A DNA stretch of 64,000 bases from SAR202 cluster bacterium (GCA_022448725.1 JAKUTR010000007.1:5945-69944); one strand, 5' to 3'. Positions 39,148 to 49,072 are shown, numbered from the stretch's first letter. Notes: generated by a model from the letters alone, not told the origin. Numbers and translations are program-made.

Positions 39148-40044
39148 TCACCCTTTTTTTCTAATAAGTTCAGAGAGTGCATTGATGTGTGTAGGAGTAG
39201 TGCCACAGCAGCCTCCTACGATGTTGATCCCAATGTCAATTAATTTCTGGAATCCCTGGGCCATGAATTTGGGGCTTTCTGGATATACGATCTGTCCTTT
39301 TCGAATTTCTGGAATCCCTGCATTTGAGTGTATGAGCAGATATCCAGGGTCAACATCCCGTAGCTCCCTTGCCAAGATCACCATGTCGTCTATACCGCTT
39401 CCACAGTTGGCACCCACAACATCTGCGCCAGCTGCCCGGAGCTTCTTAGTAGCGTCTTCAGGAGAGTTTCCCATCATAGTGAACCACCCACGGGGTCCTC
39501 TCGTAAACATCATCGTACTTATCACGACGAGGTTTGTGTACTCTTTCGCAGCCTTGATGGCAAGAGATGCTTCCTCAACCGATATCATAGTCTCGATATC
39601 AATGGAGTCTACCCCGCCTGCTTCAAGGGCTGTGACTTGTTCGACAAAAGCTTCATACACTTCACTGTCTGGGGTGGTGCCCGAATTACTCTCCAAGAGC
39701 TCGCCTGTTGGGCCGATTGAGCCTGCTACGAATTGCCCGCTACTAGACTGGCTACGTGCGTGCTGGGCTCCAAGTATGTTCAATTCGGCAACGCGATCCC
39801 CATACCCGTACTTTTTTAGCATAAAGCTAGTGCCGCCAAAGGTATTAGTCAACACCATGTCAGCACCTGCAAAGAAGTACTCCCTAGCCATGGCTTGGAT
39901 GACTTCAGGATTAGCTGAGTTCATCTCCTCCGGGCAGCCGCCCGGTTCTAGCCCGTGAGACTGTAAGTAGGTCCCTGTGGCTCCATCCGATATAAGGACA
40001 TCTCCGGCAGCGAGTTGCTGACGGAGGTTATTTGCAAGGGTCAT
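39148..40044 (-). CDS. Stand-alone homocysteine S-methyltransferase (MetH N-terminal/Bmt-like domain)
   Basis: DGATGT, GAD...TNTFG, AGSIGPTG, IETM, Zn ligands GANC and GGCCGTTP, SNAG.P. Confidence 0.92.
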   Translation of the reverse strand: MTLANNLRQQLAAGDVLISDGATGTYLQSHGLEPGGCPEEMNSANPEVIQAMAREYFFAGADMVLTNTFGGTSFMLKKYGYGDRVAELNILGAQHARSQSSSGQFVAGSIGPTGELLESNSGTTPDSEVYEAFVEQVTALEAGGVDSIDIETMISVEEASLAIKAAKEYTNLVVISTMMFTRGPRGWFTMMGNSPEDATKKLRAAGADVVGANCGSGIDDMVILARELRDVDPGYLLIHSNAGIPEIRKGQIVYPESPKFMAQGFQKLIDIGINIVGGCCGTTPTHINALSELIRKKG

Positions 40045-40384
40045 TCGTTGTTAACCAGTTATCAATCGCTCCGGGGTTTGGGTCGCGTAGTCCTGTCTTA
40101 TGAAGATCTCGGATGCGATTCACAAAATCTTGGGGCATGCCATTGTTGTAACGTGTAGTCACTGCACTTGCCGCTTCCTCGGACGTACACTCCATTTCGA
40201 TAAAGTCCCCCCAATTCCATGCCATAAGGTAATCATCCGAGTGCGCACTCCCGTCAAACATAGAGACTGCGTCGACGCCTTGCTGGAATCGCTCGTCTAG
40301 CTGTTTGGAAATTTGCCCTGATTCATCTTCAGCTTGAACCTGCACAGGAATTTCCTTCCAGTACATAACTCGTACCCTTGCCAT
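40028..40384 (-). CDS. 'Virulence factor' (PF13769-like) small protein
   Basis: 'MYWKEIPVQV.A......L.ERFQ..VD..SM......DDYL..W' pattern; overlaps the next gene by 17 bp. ATG 40384. Confidence 0.75.
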   Translation of the reverse strand: MARVRVMYWKEIPVQVQAEDESGQISKQLDERFQQGVDAVSMFDGSAHSDDYLMAWNWGDFIEMECTSEEAASAVTTRYNNGMPQDFVNRIRDLHKTGLRDPNPGAIDNWLTTNDPCK

Positions 40385-40480
40385 CTGTTCCAACCCCCCA
40401 AGTTCGGTGATTATTATATCGGTGTGACAGGCATAGAGCGAACGTTAATTCATAGATTCTCAAGTTCAGGGTGAGCGTCT

Positions 40481-42415
40481 TTAGACGTATTTGTCCAACC
40501 AAGAGAGTACCCTTGTAAAGTAAGCGATACGCATTTGGGGGGGACCAGACTTTCGGAAGGTATGGGATGAGTTAGGGAAGCGGACAAACTCTACTTCCTT
40601 CCCCAGCCGCTTGAGCGCCACGAAATATTGCTCGCTTTGCTCAATAGGACATCGGAAGTCATCCTCGCCGTGAAGTAGAAGTACGGGGGTATCAACATTC
40701 GGGGCGTAGGTGATCGGGGAATGGTATAGGAACTTATCACGCGCCTCAGTATAAATCCCGCCCCAGTTGAGTTCGCCGAAACTGGTACCGATGTCGGAAG
40801 TCCCATACATGCTATGTAGATTTGCGCACATAGCGCCAACTAGAGCAGCCTTAAACCTGGTGTCGTGTCCGATAATCCAACTGCTCATGAATCCCCCGTA
40901 GCTAAAACCATGCACGGCTAGCCTATCCGGGTTCACGTAAGGTTGTTCACTTAGTTTGTCTACTGCGGCAATTATGTCGAGAAAATCTTCACCACCCCAG
41001 TCTCCTAATACCGACTTTGTAAACTCTGGACCATAAGTGGATGAACCACGGGGATTCACTGCAAGGACGATGTAACCTGCTGAAGTGATAACTTGTTGAA
41101 TGGGATCAAAATTATCTGCAAATCGCCCGTTTGGTCCTCCGTGTATGTCAAGAACCATGGGGTACCGCTTTGAAGAGTCGAACTCTGGCGGGAACAGGAC
41201 CCGCGATTCGATCTCCAGTCCGCTGCGCTTGAGCACAAACTTTTCCAACTTGGCCGGCCTATGGGCTGCAAGGTATTCACTGTTATCGGAGGCAATAACT
41301 GTGCGATTGCCGGATTCGAGTTCGATGTGGCATATGTCTGCATAGGCCGTGGGGGACTGCTCGATCACTATGGCACTTTGCGCAGTTGCTTCGATAGTAA
41401 GCGAATCATACTGGACGCTGCCCCCGATGATGGTTTTGTCGACCTCAGTTTCGGGATTGAGTTTTCTGACGTAGTACTGGCCCCATCGTGCACCAATGTA
41501 AAAGAGACTGTCGGTTCTCCAGTTTAGGCCACCCTCACGAACTGGGGTATATTCTCCATTTGTTACCTGGCGAGCTTGCGATCCTGGCTCTAGGATGTAC
41601 ATCCACGCTGAACGAGGATCCCACATCTCGGGATCGTGGCAACCCATACTTGCTAATTTAGTTGAGTCTGGGGACCAGGCAATCGACCAGACGTACGGGA
41701 GTCCCCCTGACCAGTCCTCCGGTTCTCCACCCAATGGGTTCACTACAAAGGCCGCTTCATGATTCGTATAGTCACGTTCAGCCAAGGCATCAGAAATATA
41801 GGCGATACGGGTCCCGTCTGGAGCCCAGCGGGGGGAAATAGCGTCTCCTTCACCGGTGGTAATTTGTCGGATCTCCCCAGTAGACACATCAATTGTAAAC
41901 AACTGTCTGAAGGCATTACCGATCCAACCTCGGAAGTCGTGACGATAACGTATGCGGTTTACGACCCGCACATCCGTGCTGTCATCTTCATCAACCTCAG
42001 CTATGAATGCGAGCTTGTCCGAGTCTGGTGACCAGTCAAATTGCGGGCCACTCTCTAGGTTATCGACGAGTCCATTTTCAAGCTGGGTCAGTTGCTTGGC
42101 TGGGCCACCTGACACCGAAACAATCCACAGTTGTTTGTGACCGTTTTCAGCCTTGCGCGCGAAGGCAATAGTTCGCCCATCAGGGGAGAAGACAGCAGTC
42201 GAGTCGCTGGGGCCGCTGGTGAGCTCTGTAAATTCTGTGAACTGACCAGTGGCAGACCTTTGTGAAATCATGAGCATGGATATCGTTTCCATGGTTCCAC
42301 GCCTGATGGTTTGTTTCGTTATGATGAGTGTGTTGCCGTCAGGCGCAAGCGAAGCCGCAGACGACCCCGTCATCTCAAAGATGTGATCAGAGGTAATTGG
42401 TTTCGTTGTTGCCAT
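40481..42415 (-). CDS. S9 family peptidase (acylaminoacyl/prolyl oligopeptidase)
   Basis: PD40-like WSPD repeats, IHGGP, NPRGS, GFSYGG nucleophile, LHGEDDFRCP, C-terminal His. Confidence 0.93.
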   Translation of the reverse strand: MATTKPITSDHIFEMTGSSAASLAPDGNTLIITKQTIRRGTMETISMLMISQRSATGQFTEFTELTSGPSDSTAVFSPDGRTIAFARKAENGHKQLWIVSVSGGPAKQLTQLENGLVDNLESGPQFDWSPDSDKLAFIAEVDEDDSTDVRVVNRIRYRHDFRGWIGNAFRQLFTIDVSTGEIRQITTGEGDAISPRWAPDGTRIAYISDALAERDYTNHEAAFVVNPLGGEPEDWSGGLPYVWSIAWSPDSTKLASMGCHDPEMWDPRSAWMYILEPGSQARQVTNGEYTPVREGGLNWRTDSLFYIGARWGQYYVRKLNPETEVDKTIIGGSVQYDSLTIEATAQSAIVIEQSPTAYADICHIELESGNRTVIASDNSEYLAAHRPAKLEKFVLKRSGLEIESRVLFPPEFDSSKRYPMVLDIHGGPNGRFADNFDPIQQVITSAGYIVLAVNPRGSSTYGPEFTKSVLGDWGGEDFLDIIAAVDKLSEQPYVNPDRLAVHGFSYGGFMSSWIIGHDTRFKAALVGAMCANLHSMYGTSDIGTSFGELNWGGIYTEARDKFLYHSPITYAPNVDTPVLLLHGEDDFRCPIEQSEQYFVALKRLGKEVEFVRFPNSSHTFRKSGPPQMRIAYFTRVLSWLDKYV

Positions 42416-42418
42416 CGG

Positions 42419-43333
42419 TTACAAACTCGCGATCATCTGTTGCAAGTTATCCATGTTCTTTTGCATTGCTGCAACCCTACCCTGTGGGTGCTCGAAGTGA
42501 GTTGCCAGAGACAGCACCACATCACTATTCGCTTCTCCCAGATTATGCAGGATGTCTTGCCAGGGTACATCTCCTTCGCCAAAGGGTACGTAATCGAAGT
42601 CGATAATCGCTCCGTCGTTAACCCGCAGGTCTTTTATGTGAATCGAGTCGACGTAAGGCTGAACGTTGCTAAAGCCTGCTGTCGCTACATCGGGCTCGCC
42701 ACAGTTGTAATTGTCGGCGGGTCCCCACATAACCTTTAGACGATCGGAACCTACTCGATCGGCTAGTTCACGGAAGTGTAGGGTCGTGTTCGTGTAGTTC
42801 CAGGGCATCATGGCCAGCGAGACATTAACGTCGTATCGATCTGCTTGTTCGACAACGAGCTTGAAAGCTTGGACTAACTTCCCCATTTCAACTTCCGAGA
42901 TAATCCCTCCTTGGGTTGCCCAACGCATTGGCCATGTCGGCTTATCTGCAGTGTATTCTCCAGGCCATGCGAACGTATAGGCTGCCACAGTATCTGTCCC
43001 CATTCGCTTGGCCAACTCCATCGATCGAATCAGATGACTGAACTCCTCCTTGAAGGTTGGATGTTCCCCAATCGAGCCAGCGGACACTTCGACCAGGTCG
43101 ATAAATTTGAATGGAGAGCCAGCGCTGAGTTGCATCATTTTCACGTCATACTTTGCGTACAACTCGGCAATCTTGTCAGCCTCAGCGTCACTCATCTGCC
43201 CCACATGCCCGCCCTCATCGAGGTTCGTGAACCAAGGGTAGTCTGCCCCCAATTCCTTGGCTGTTGCAAGTGCATCGTCTAGCGGTAGACGTAATTCGTT
43301 AACGTACATCCCAATCTTGAATTCGTATGGCAT
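42419..43333 (-). CDS. Sugar phosphate isomerase/epimerase (xylose isomerase-like TIM barrel)
   Basis: IHIKD, VPFGEGDVPW; barrel-length helical/strand pattern. Confidence 0.75.
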   Translation of the reverse strand: MPYEFKIGMYVNELRLPLDDALATAKELGADYPWFTNLDEGGHVGQMSDAEADKIAELYAKYDVKMMQLSAGSPFKFIDLVEVSAGSIGEHPTFKEEFSHLIRSMELAKRMGTDTVAAYTFAWPGEYTADKPTWPMRWATQGGIISEVEMGKLVQAFKLVVEQADRYDVNVSLAMMPWNYTNTTLHFRELADRVGSDRLKVMWGPADNYNCGEPDVATAGFSNVQPYVDSIHIKDLRVNDGAIIDFDYVPFGEGDVPWQDILHNLGEANSDVVLSLATHFEHPQGRVAAMQKNMDNLQQMIASL

Positions 43334-43477
43334 GGGAACCTTTCTATATAGGCTTTCAGCATTGATCCGAACACTAAGGGGCAGTCTAGCTTAGACGACA
43401 TATAGCCGCAATCCGATTCGACCAAGAGACTTGGTACATATAGAATGGGCGTCCGAATCTGGGGTAGGAGAGACACA

Positions 43478-44254
43478 ATGACTTGGCAAGAGAACCCGTT
43501 ACAACTCAAGAAAGATTGGGATGAGAATGGATATGCCGTGGTAAGAAACTTCATGAGCGTTGAAGAGGTTGGGGAGCTTCGCGCCGAAATCGAGAGGTAC
43601 ATAGCTGAAATAGTACCGGAGGTACCCGAATACGAAGTTATGTACGAAGATAAGGCGAAACCTGAGACCCTCAAGCGCCTTGGGCACATGTCTAAGTATG
43701 ACGACTACTTTGCTAACCTGGTTCAAACCGGAAGGTTCGTAGAATTAGCAGGAACCTTACTTGGTGGCGAAGCCATCCCACAGTACTGCCAGCTTTTCAA
43801 CAAGCCCGCACGTGTTGGAATTCAAACGCCGCCTCATCAGGATGCTTACTATATTCCGCTAGAGCCTAATGAGGCATTGACAATGTGGCTAGCTCTAAAT
43901 GATGTGGATGAGGAGAACGGCTGCCTACGCTACGTACCTGGCGCGCATAGGAAAGGCATCCGGCCACATCAAGCTAGCAATGTCTTTGGATTCTCACAGG
44001 GTATTAGTGATTTTGGAGAAGCAGAGCGTGCGGCTGAAGTAGCTTGCCCCGCAGCAGTTGGTGACGTGGTAATCCATCACTGGTCGATGGTGCATCGGGC
44101 CGATCCTAACACTAGCGACCGCGAGCGGTGGGGTCTCGGTTCGGTGTTCTACCGTGCCGATGCTAAGACTGATGAGGAACGCCAAGAAGCTCGCGCTCGT
44201 GAACTCGAAAAAACGCGGGAGAGATGGGAAGCGCAGGGTAAGTCTGGACGCTGA
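43478..44254 (+). CDS. Phytanoyl-CoA dioxygenase (PhyH) family protein
   Basis: FNKP, TPPHQD, MWLAL, ENGCLRYVPGAH, VHRA.PN.S..ER. ATG 43478 follows AGGAG. Confidence 0.9.
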   Translation: MTWQENPLQLKKDWDENGYAVVRNFMSVEEVGELRAEIERYIAEIVPEVPEYEVMYEDKAKPETLKRLGHMSKYDDYFANLVQTGRFVELAGTLLGGEAIPQYCQLFNKPARVGIQTPPHQDAYYIPLEPNEALTMWLALNDVDEENGCLRYVPGAHRKGIRPHQASNVFGFSQGISDFGEAERAAEVACPAAVGDVVIHHWSMVHRADPNTSDRERWGLGSVFYRADAKTDEERQEARARELEKTRERWEAQGKSGR

Positions 44255-44294
44255 CCCTCTGAGGATAGCTATACTTCGTGTGTGGCAGCCACGC

Positions 44295-45683
44295 TTATTG
44301 GTCTGATCCTAAAAGAGTAGGGCTGGTTGAGTCCGGGCTTCGATACCTACACATTTGCGGCAGTAGAATCCACATGCCTGCAGCAAATAGCAGCAGTCCC
44401 CCAGCCGAGATAGCACTCGCGATCTGAACCCCCAGTATTTGGGCAATTGTACCTACAGTAAGTGCTCCTATCGGCATGGCAACATGAGTGGCTGTTGCTA
44501 GTGAGGTTACCCGTCCCCTTAGTTCGTCGGGGACGATAGTCTGAACGGCAACCGTCACGATAGTCCAATAAACAACCATAACGGAGCTGTACGGGAGAAG
44601 TATTGCGATTGCGATAACAAGACTATCGGTTCTTGAGAAAGCGAAAAGGCCAATGGCCATCCCAATCATTGTAATTAGGGTGATAGGTCCTTTGGCACGT
44701 AGATCCCCGATCGATGCAAGGACCAGAGTGCCTAGAGTCATTCCTGCGCCGAGAGTAGATATCAGCAACCCAAGAACCTGTGGCCCTCCGCTAAACACAT
44801 CGGATGCATATACGGGCATTAGCCCCATGTTGGTTGGAGTAATAAAGAGGAGCGGCGCCACGGGCATGATTGTGAACCCGAAGAGGGGTTTATTAGCCCA
44901 TAGGTATCGACCCGCTTGGACTATATCAGAGTACGCTGATTTGGGGTCAACGGCTCGGCGCTGCCGGGGAGGGGTTTTTACGGCGAACCCGGCAAGAGTG
45001 CCCAGCAGAATACATACCCCAGCTATTGCAGTGGACCAGCCGGGCCCAATCACTGCAATGAGTACCCCAGTTGTTATCGGAATGAACAATCTTGTGGAGC
45101 TGTCTGCAAAGCTCAACAAGGCGAAAGCGTTAACCAATTTTTGGCGAGGAACTACAGTCGAGGCGACTGAACTAAGTGCTGGCCCGTACATAGTTCCGAC
45201 TGCACCGTTTACGAGTGAGAAGGTGAAAATCACCCAAGTGTGAACCAAATCTAGGATGACAAACAAGCTAAAAGTTATAGCAATTACTCCCTGCATGCCC
45301 AGAGAAAAAATCATAAGCTTCCGTCGGTCCCACGCATCTGTGAGCACACCTGCGATGGGTCCCAAAATTACAGGGGGAGCTGCTTGTAGACCGATTGCCA
45401 TTGCTGTCAGGAAGGGCGAGTTCGTCACCTCGAAAGTGAGCCAGCCTAGGATGACTTGGAGCGCCCACATCCCAATTACATGTGAGCAAATAACGATCCA
45501 CACGAACCGAAAACTACGGAACTGAAGAGACTCGAGGGTTCTCACTCGGAAGAAGAGTGATGTTTGGGTTCCCCGAGATTCTTGCCCTTGCTGCGGTACG
45601 GCGTCACCGCCTAGGAGGGACCCGACTTCCTGGGCGCGGCTATGGGAACTTGAGCCTGATCTAGCTTCACTCATATGATGCAT
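44295..45683 (-). CDS. MFS transporter
   Basis: About 12 hydrophobic segments, motif A 'G.LTDAWDRRKLM', 'VPDELRGRV'. Exact start uncertain. Confidence 0.9.
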   Translation of the reverse strand: MHHMSEARSGSSSHSRAQEVGSLLGGDAVPQQGQESRGTQTSLFFRVRTLESLQFRSFRFVWIVICSHVIGMWALQVILGWLTFEVTNSPFLTAMAIGLQAAPPVILGPIAGVLTDAWDRRKLMIFSLGMQGVIAITFSLFVILDLVHTWVIFTFSLVNGAVGTMYGPALSSVASTVVPRQKLVNAFALLSFADSSTRLFIPITTGVLIAVIGPGWSTAIAGVCILLGTLAGFAVKTPPRQRRAVDPKSAYSDIVQAGRYLWANKPLFGFTIMPVAPLLFITPTNMGLMPVYASDVFSGGPQVLGLLISTLGAGMTLGTLVLASIGDLRAKGPITLITMIGMAIGLFAFSRTDSLVIAIAILLPYSSVMVVYWTIVTVAVQTIVPDELRGRVTSLATATHVAMPIGALTVGTIAQILGVQIASAISAGGLLLFAAGMWILLPQMCRYRSPDSTSPTLLGSDQ

Positions 45684-45934
45684 CCTATTATGCTAACTAC
45701 CGACGTTGCGGTGAGCCTGGTCCTTGCATCAATAAGTGATAGCGAGAGGAGCGCGGCACACTCATTTTACATGATAAATAATTCATGAAACAAGATACTT
45801 TGAGAGTATTTTCTTTTGCTGAACCTGAGCAAGCGGTTAGAGTTAGCGTCCCAGTTTGCGTCTTAGGCTCTCACATGCGAAAGTTAAAGGATGTACTAAG
45901 CCAGAGTAGCTTCACATCATAAAGGGAGGGAACG

Positions 45935-47506
45935 ATGAACCGCCCACGACTGATTTACTACAACGATGCCCATCACTTCCATGCTAAGCGCCTAGAGCCG
46001 CCAGCAAGTATTCATATGCTGGAGTGGCCGGTAAATGAGATTGCGGGAACGGGGGTTGACCTTCTTGCACTTGGCCTTGGCTACGGAGATGTTTACTTCC
46101 ATCAGAGCAAAGTAGGACGAGTTGTAGGGCAACAGAAAGAGGTGTGGGATAACTACATTGACTGGCGCATAATGCGAATGGTCCAAGAAGCTGCTGCCAA
46201 GGGAACAGACCAACTTCGCGAGGTTATACGGAGGGGGCACGAGACAGGCATAAAGGTGTTTCCGAGTATTAAGCTACAAGATGGTTCGGTTCCCTATGGT
46301 GAACGTTGCGGTAAGCTCAAGTGGGAGCGAGGCCAGGAAGTCTGTATCGGTGAGGAAGGCCGGGCTGAGTGGTCCTACGATTACGCTAACGCAGAAGTGC
46401 GTGATTACAAGCTCGCTTTGATTCGTGAAGTGCTTGAGGACTATCGAGCTGATGGTATAGAGCTTGACTACTTGTTCGGGAACGTTTACTTCAAGGAGGC
46501 AGAGGTCCAACAAGGGATGAAGATCATGGCTGATTTCGTCTCTGAGGTCAGGGAACTCGCAACACAGATCGGCCAGAAGCAAGATCGGGAAGTTGGTGTA
46601 ATGGCGCGAGTTGGACTGCTTCGCGATGAGAATATGGAACAAGGCTTAGATGTACAGCAGTGGCTCAAGGATGGGGCGCTTGACCACGTTGTTGGACAGG
46701 ATCCGTACGTGCTGAGTGAGACTAGCGTCCAGCAATCTTGGATGCCAGAGGCGGCTAACGCAGTTGGAGTAGGAGCTTACTACCGCCCACCACGACGTGT
46801 TTATGATGAGCGGGTAGGTCTCCCAAGTATCGAGATGTACCGTGCTTTGAACCAGATGCTGATCTCTGATGGATGGGCGGGCCAGTACCACGGGTATCTC
46901 CTGTGGCCATTTGACAATCGGGAATACCAGATCCTCCGTGAACTCGCTCATCCTGAAGTACATGTTCGTAGCCGAAAGCGTTATATAACTCAGCCCAAGG
47001 AGGGAGTGGAAGGCCAACCTACAACGACCCCTCACCGCCAATGCCCAGTTCAACTTGTGGAGGGCGAGACCGCTAAGGTTAACCTTCTGATAGCTGACGA
47101 TGTTGATGCTGCGAAGTCTGATGGGGAGATGCGAAAGCCAGTTTTAACTCTAAGGTTCTCATATTTCTGTATTGAGGATGAGTACGAAATACGCTTCAAT
47201 GGCCAAGTGTTACCGATTGAGGAGTTCGAAATCACAGATGAACGTGGTTTGGAGATGCGTCTTCGTCTAGCAGGTAGTATGAGTGTTCAGGCACCGCTTG
47301 GTATGTCAGCCCACTGGTTCCGATGTAAGCTCCCAATAGACTTGGTTAGGCAGGGCGACAACCTGATTGAGGTCGCAATGGGTAAACTCGATCCTAAGGC
47401 GGGGTTCACCCGCAGCATAAATGGGGCTGAGGTCCTTATGCGATATAGGGATATGGAGCGACCTGAGGGCTTTGATGTAGATCGGATTGCCCCCTTGTCT
47501 GCCTAG
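45935..47506 (+). CDS. Glycoside hydrolase-like TIM-barrel protein (paralog of 6406..7980)
   Basis: RLIYYNDA, 'DYANAEVRDY', 'ADGIELDY', 'ARV', C-terminal 'IRFNG...VRQGDNLIEV'; RBS GGGAGG. Confidence 0.6.
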   Translation: MNRPRLIYYNDAHHFHAKRLEPPASIHMLEWPVNEIAGTGVDLLALGLGYGDVYFHQSKVGRVVGQQKEVWDNYIDWRIMRMVQEAAAKGTDQLREVIRRGHETGIKVFPSIKLQDGSVPYGERCGKLKWERGQEVCIGEEGRAEWSYDYANAEVRDYKLALIREVLEDYRADGIELDYLFGNVYFKEAEVQQGMKIMADFVSEVRELATQIGQKQDREVGVMARVGLLRDENMEQGLDVQQWLKDGALDHVVGQDPYVLSETSVQQSWMPEAANAVGVGAYYRPPRRVYDERVGLPSIEMYRALNQMLISDGWAGQYHGYLLWPFDNREYQILRELAHPEVHVRSRKRYITQPKEGVEGQPTTTPHRQCPVQLVEGETAKVNLLIADDVDAAKSDGEMRKPVLTLRFSYFCIEDEYEIRFNGQVLPIEEFEITDERGLEMRLRLAGSMSVQAPLGMSAHWFRCKLPIDLVRQGDNLIEVAMGKLDPKAGFTRSINGAEVLMRYRDMERPEGFDVDRIAPLSA

Positions 47507-47724
47507 GAGGCTTTGAATACAGATTAGGTTAAACTTTTTGCAGTGGTTAACAGCTTCCCCCCAGTGGGGTGTGGCGTTGTTGACCTGCAGCAGGTTTGCT
47601 ATACTGACCCGCACTTGTTTAGCTACGTAATTCAGTACTTGGACTTTGTGACAATTAACTTGGATGCCAAGTGGCTTACGACATACAGTACCGGTGACAA
47701 TACTGGTAGGGAAAGGAGTCGAAA

Positions 47725-48606
47725 TTGAAGTGGATTGATTATGCACGTCCACAGACGGTTGCAGAGGCCGTCCAGCTTCTCACTGAAAGAGGGGATGGTG
47801 CACGCGCTATGGCGGGTGGTACCGACCTGATAGTTCAGCTGAGAGTTGGGCGACGTCAGCCTGACCACGTTGTGGACGTTAAACATATCCCGGATCTCAA
47901 CGAGGTAAACACAAGTGGTGGCGGTGTCACGTTAGGAGCTGCTGTTCCTTGCCACATCATCTATAACAACGATGCGATTAAAGATGCCTTCCCGGCGCTT
48001 GTGGACTCCGCATCAATTATAGGAGGGACGCAGATTCAGGGTAGGGCTTCAATTGGAGGCAATCTTTGCAATGCTGCCCCAAGTGCGGATGCTATTCCTA
48101 CACTAATTGCTCTTGGTGCCACTGCTAATGTGTCTGGCTCGACTGGCGAAAGATCGGTCGCCATAGAAGATTTTTGTACTGGACCGGGGCAGAATGTTCT
48201 CGGTGCCGATGAGCTTCTAACGTCAATTAGTATCCCTGCACAGGGCGCGAACTCGGGAGCTCGATACCAACGGTTTATTCCGCGCAATGAAATGGACATA
48301 GCTGTGGTTGGTGTAGGTGCCAGCGTTACCCTTAATAACGGTAGTTTCGAGTCCGTTCGTGTCTCGCTTGCTTCTGTAGCACCGACCCCGCTTTTTGTTA
48401 CCGAGATAAATGATGAACTAGCAGGGAAAGACGTTACCGACGAAAATATTGCGAAGGCAGGTGAGATTGCAAAGGACGCCGCAAAGCCAATCAGCGACAT
48501 GCGTGGCACGGCTGACTACCGTAGACATCTATGTGATGTCATGACCCGGCGCGTTCTTAGTGACGCTATTACCCGAGCACGAGGAGGTAACGTAGATGCC
48601 CACTAA
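47725..48606 (+). CDS. Xanthine dehydrogenase/CoxM-like FAD-binding subunit
   Basis: AGGTDL, IGG.QIQGRASIGGN.CNA.P.AD, PISD.RG...YR; TTG start after AAGGAG. Confidence 0.92.
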   Translation: MKWIDYARPQTVAEAVQLLTERGDGARAMAGGTDLIVQLRVGRRQPDHVVDVKHIPDLNEVNTSGGGVTLGAAVPCHIIYNNDAIKDAFPALVDSASIIGGTQIQGRASIGGNLCNAAPSADAIPTLIALGATANVSGSTGERSVAIEDFCTGPGQNVLGADELLTSISIPAQGANSGARYQRFIPRNEMDIAVVGVGASVTLNNGSFESVRVSLASVAPTPLFVTEINDELAGKDVTDENIAKAGEIAKDAAKPISDMRGTADYRRHLCDVMTRRVLSDAITRARGGNVDAH

Positions 48607-49072
48607 ATCATACGTTCAAACAAACATTAACGGCGAGAGCGTTGAGTTCCTAGCTGAGCCCCGCCAAAGTCTTCTTGAGGTTCTTCGTGACACCCTGCAA
48701 CTCACCGGTGCTAAGGAAGGTTGCAACGATGGTAACTGTGGAGCCTGTACGGTCAAGATGGATGGGAGGATTGTCTGCTCCTGTCTGGTCTTCGGCGTGG
48801 AGGCTGAAGGAGCTGACATTGAGACCATAGAAGGGATGGCTAGTCCAGAGGGATTGCATCCTCTTCAGACGGCGTTTTTGGAAAATGCTGCGCTTCAGTG
48901 TGGCATTTGTACTCCGGGTTTTCTTATGGCATCCAAGGCGTTGCTTGATCACAACCCGAATCCAACTGAAGGACAGATTCGTTGGTGGTTGGCAAATAAC
49001 CTTTGCCGCTGTACCGGTTACGACAAGATCGTACGAGCGGTAATGGATGCGGCACAGAAGATGCAGGCCTAA
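48596..49072 (+). CDS. Xanthine dehydrogenase/CoxS-like 2Fe-2S subunit
   Basis: GCNDGNCGACTV, SCL, QCGICTPG, NLCRCTGY. Confidence 0.95.
   Translation: MPTKSYVQTNINGESVEFLAEPRQSLLEVLRDTLQLTGAKEGCNDGNCGACTVKMDGRIVCSCLVFGVEAEGADIETIEGMASPEGLHPLQTAFLENAALQCGICTPGFLMASKALLDHNPNPTEGQIRWWLANNLCRCTGYDKIVRAVMDAAQKMQA

Noticed and set aside
40028-40384. Virulence function
   Set aside because: The family name is historical; the context is C1/methionine metabolism.
35100-40480. Pyrrolysine/selenocysteine read-through, or a cobalamin/SAM riboswitch
   Set aside because: ORFs are full length with ordinary stops; intergenic gaps are short with no recognisable riboswitch core.
47507-47724. Moco riboswitch or ncRNA upstream of the molybdoenzyme
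   Set aside because: Only short palindromes (e.g. ACTTGG-ATG-CCAAGT); no recognisable conserved structure.
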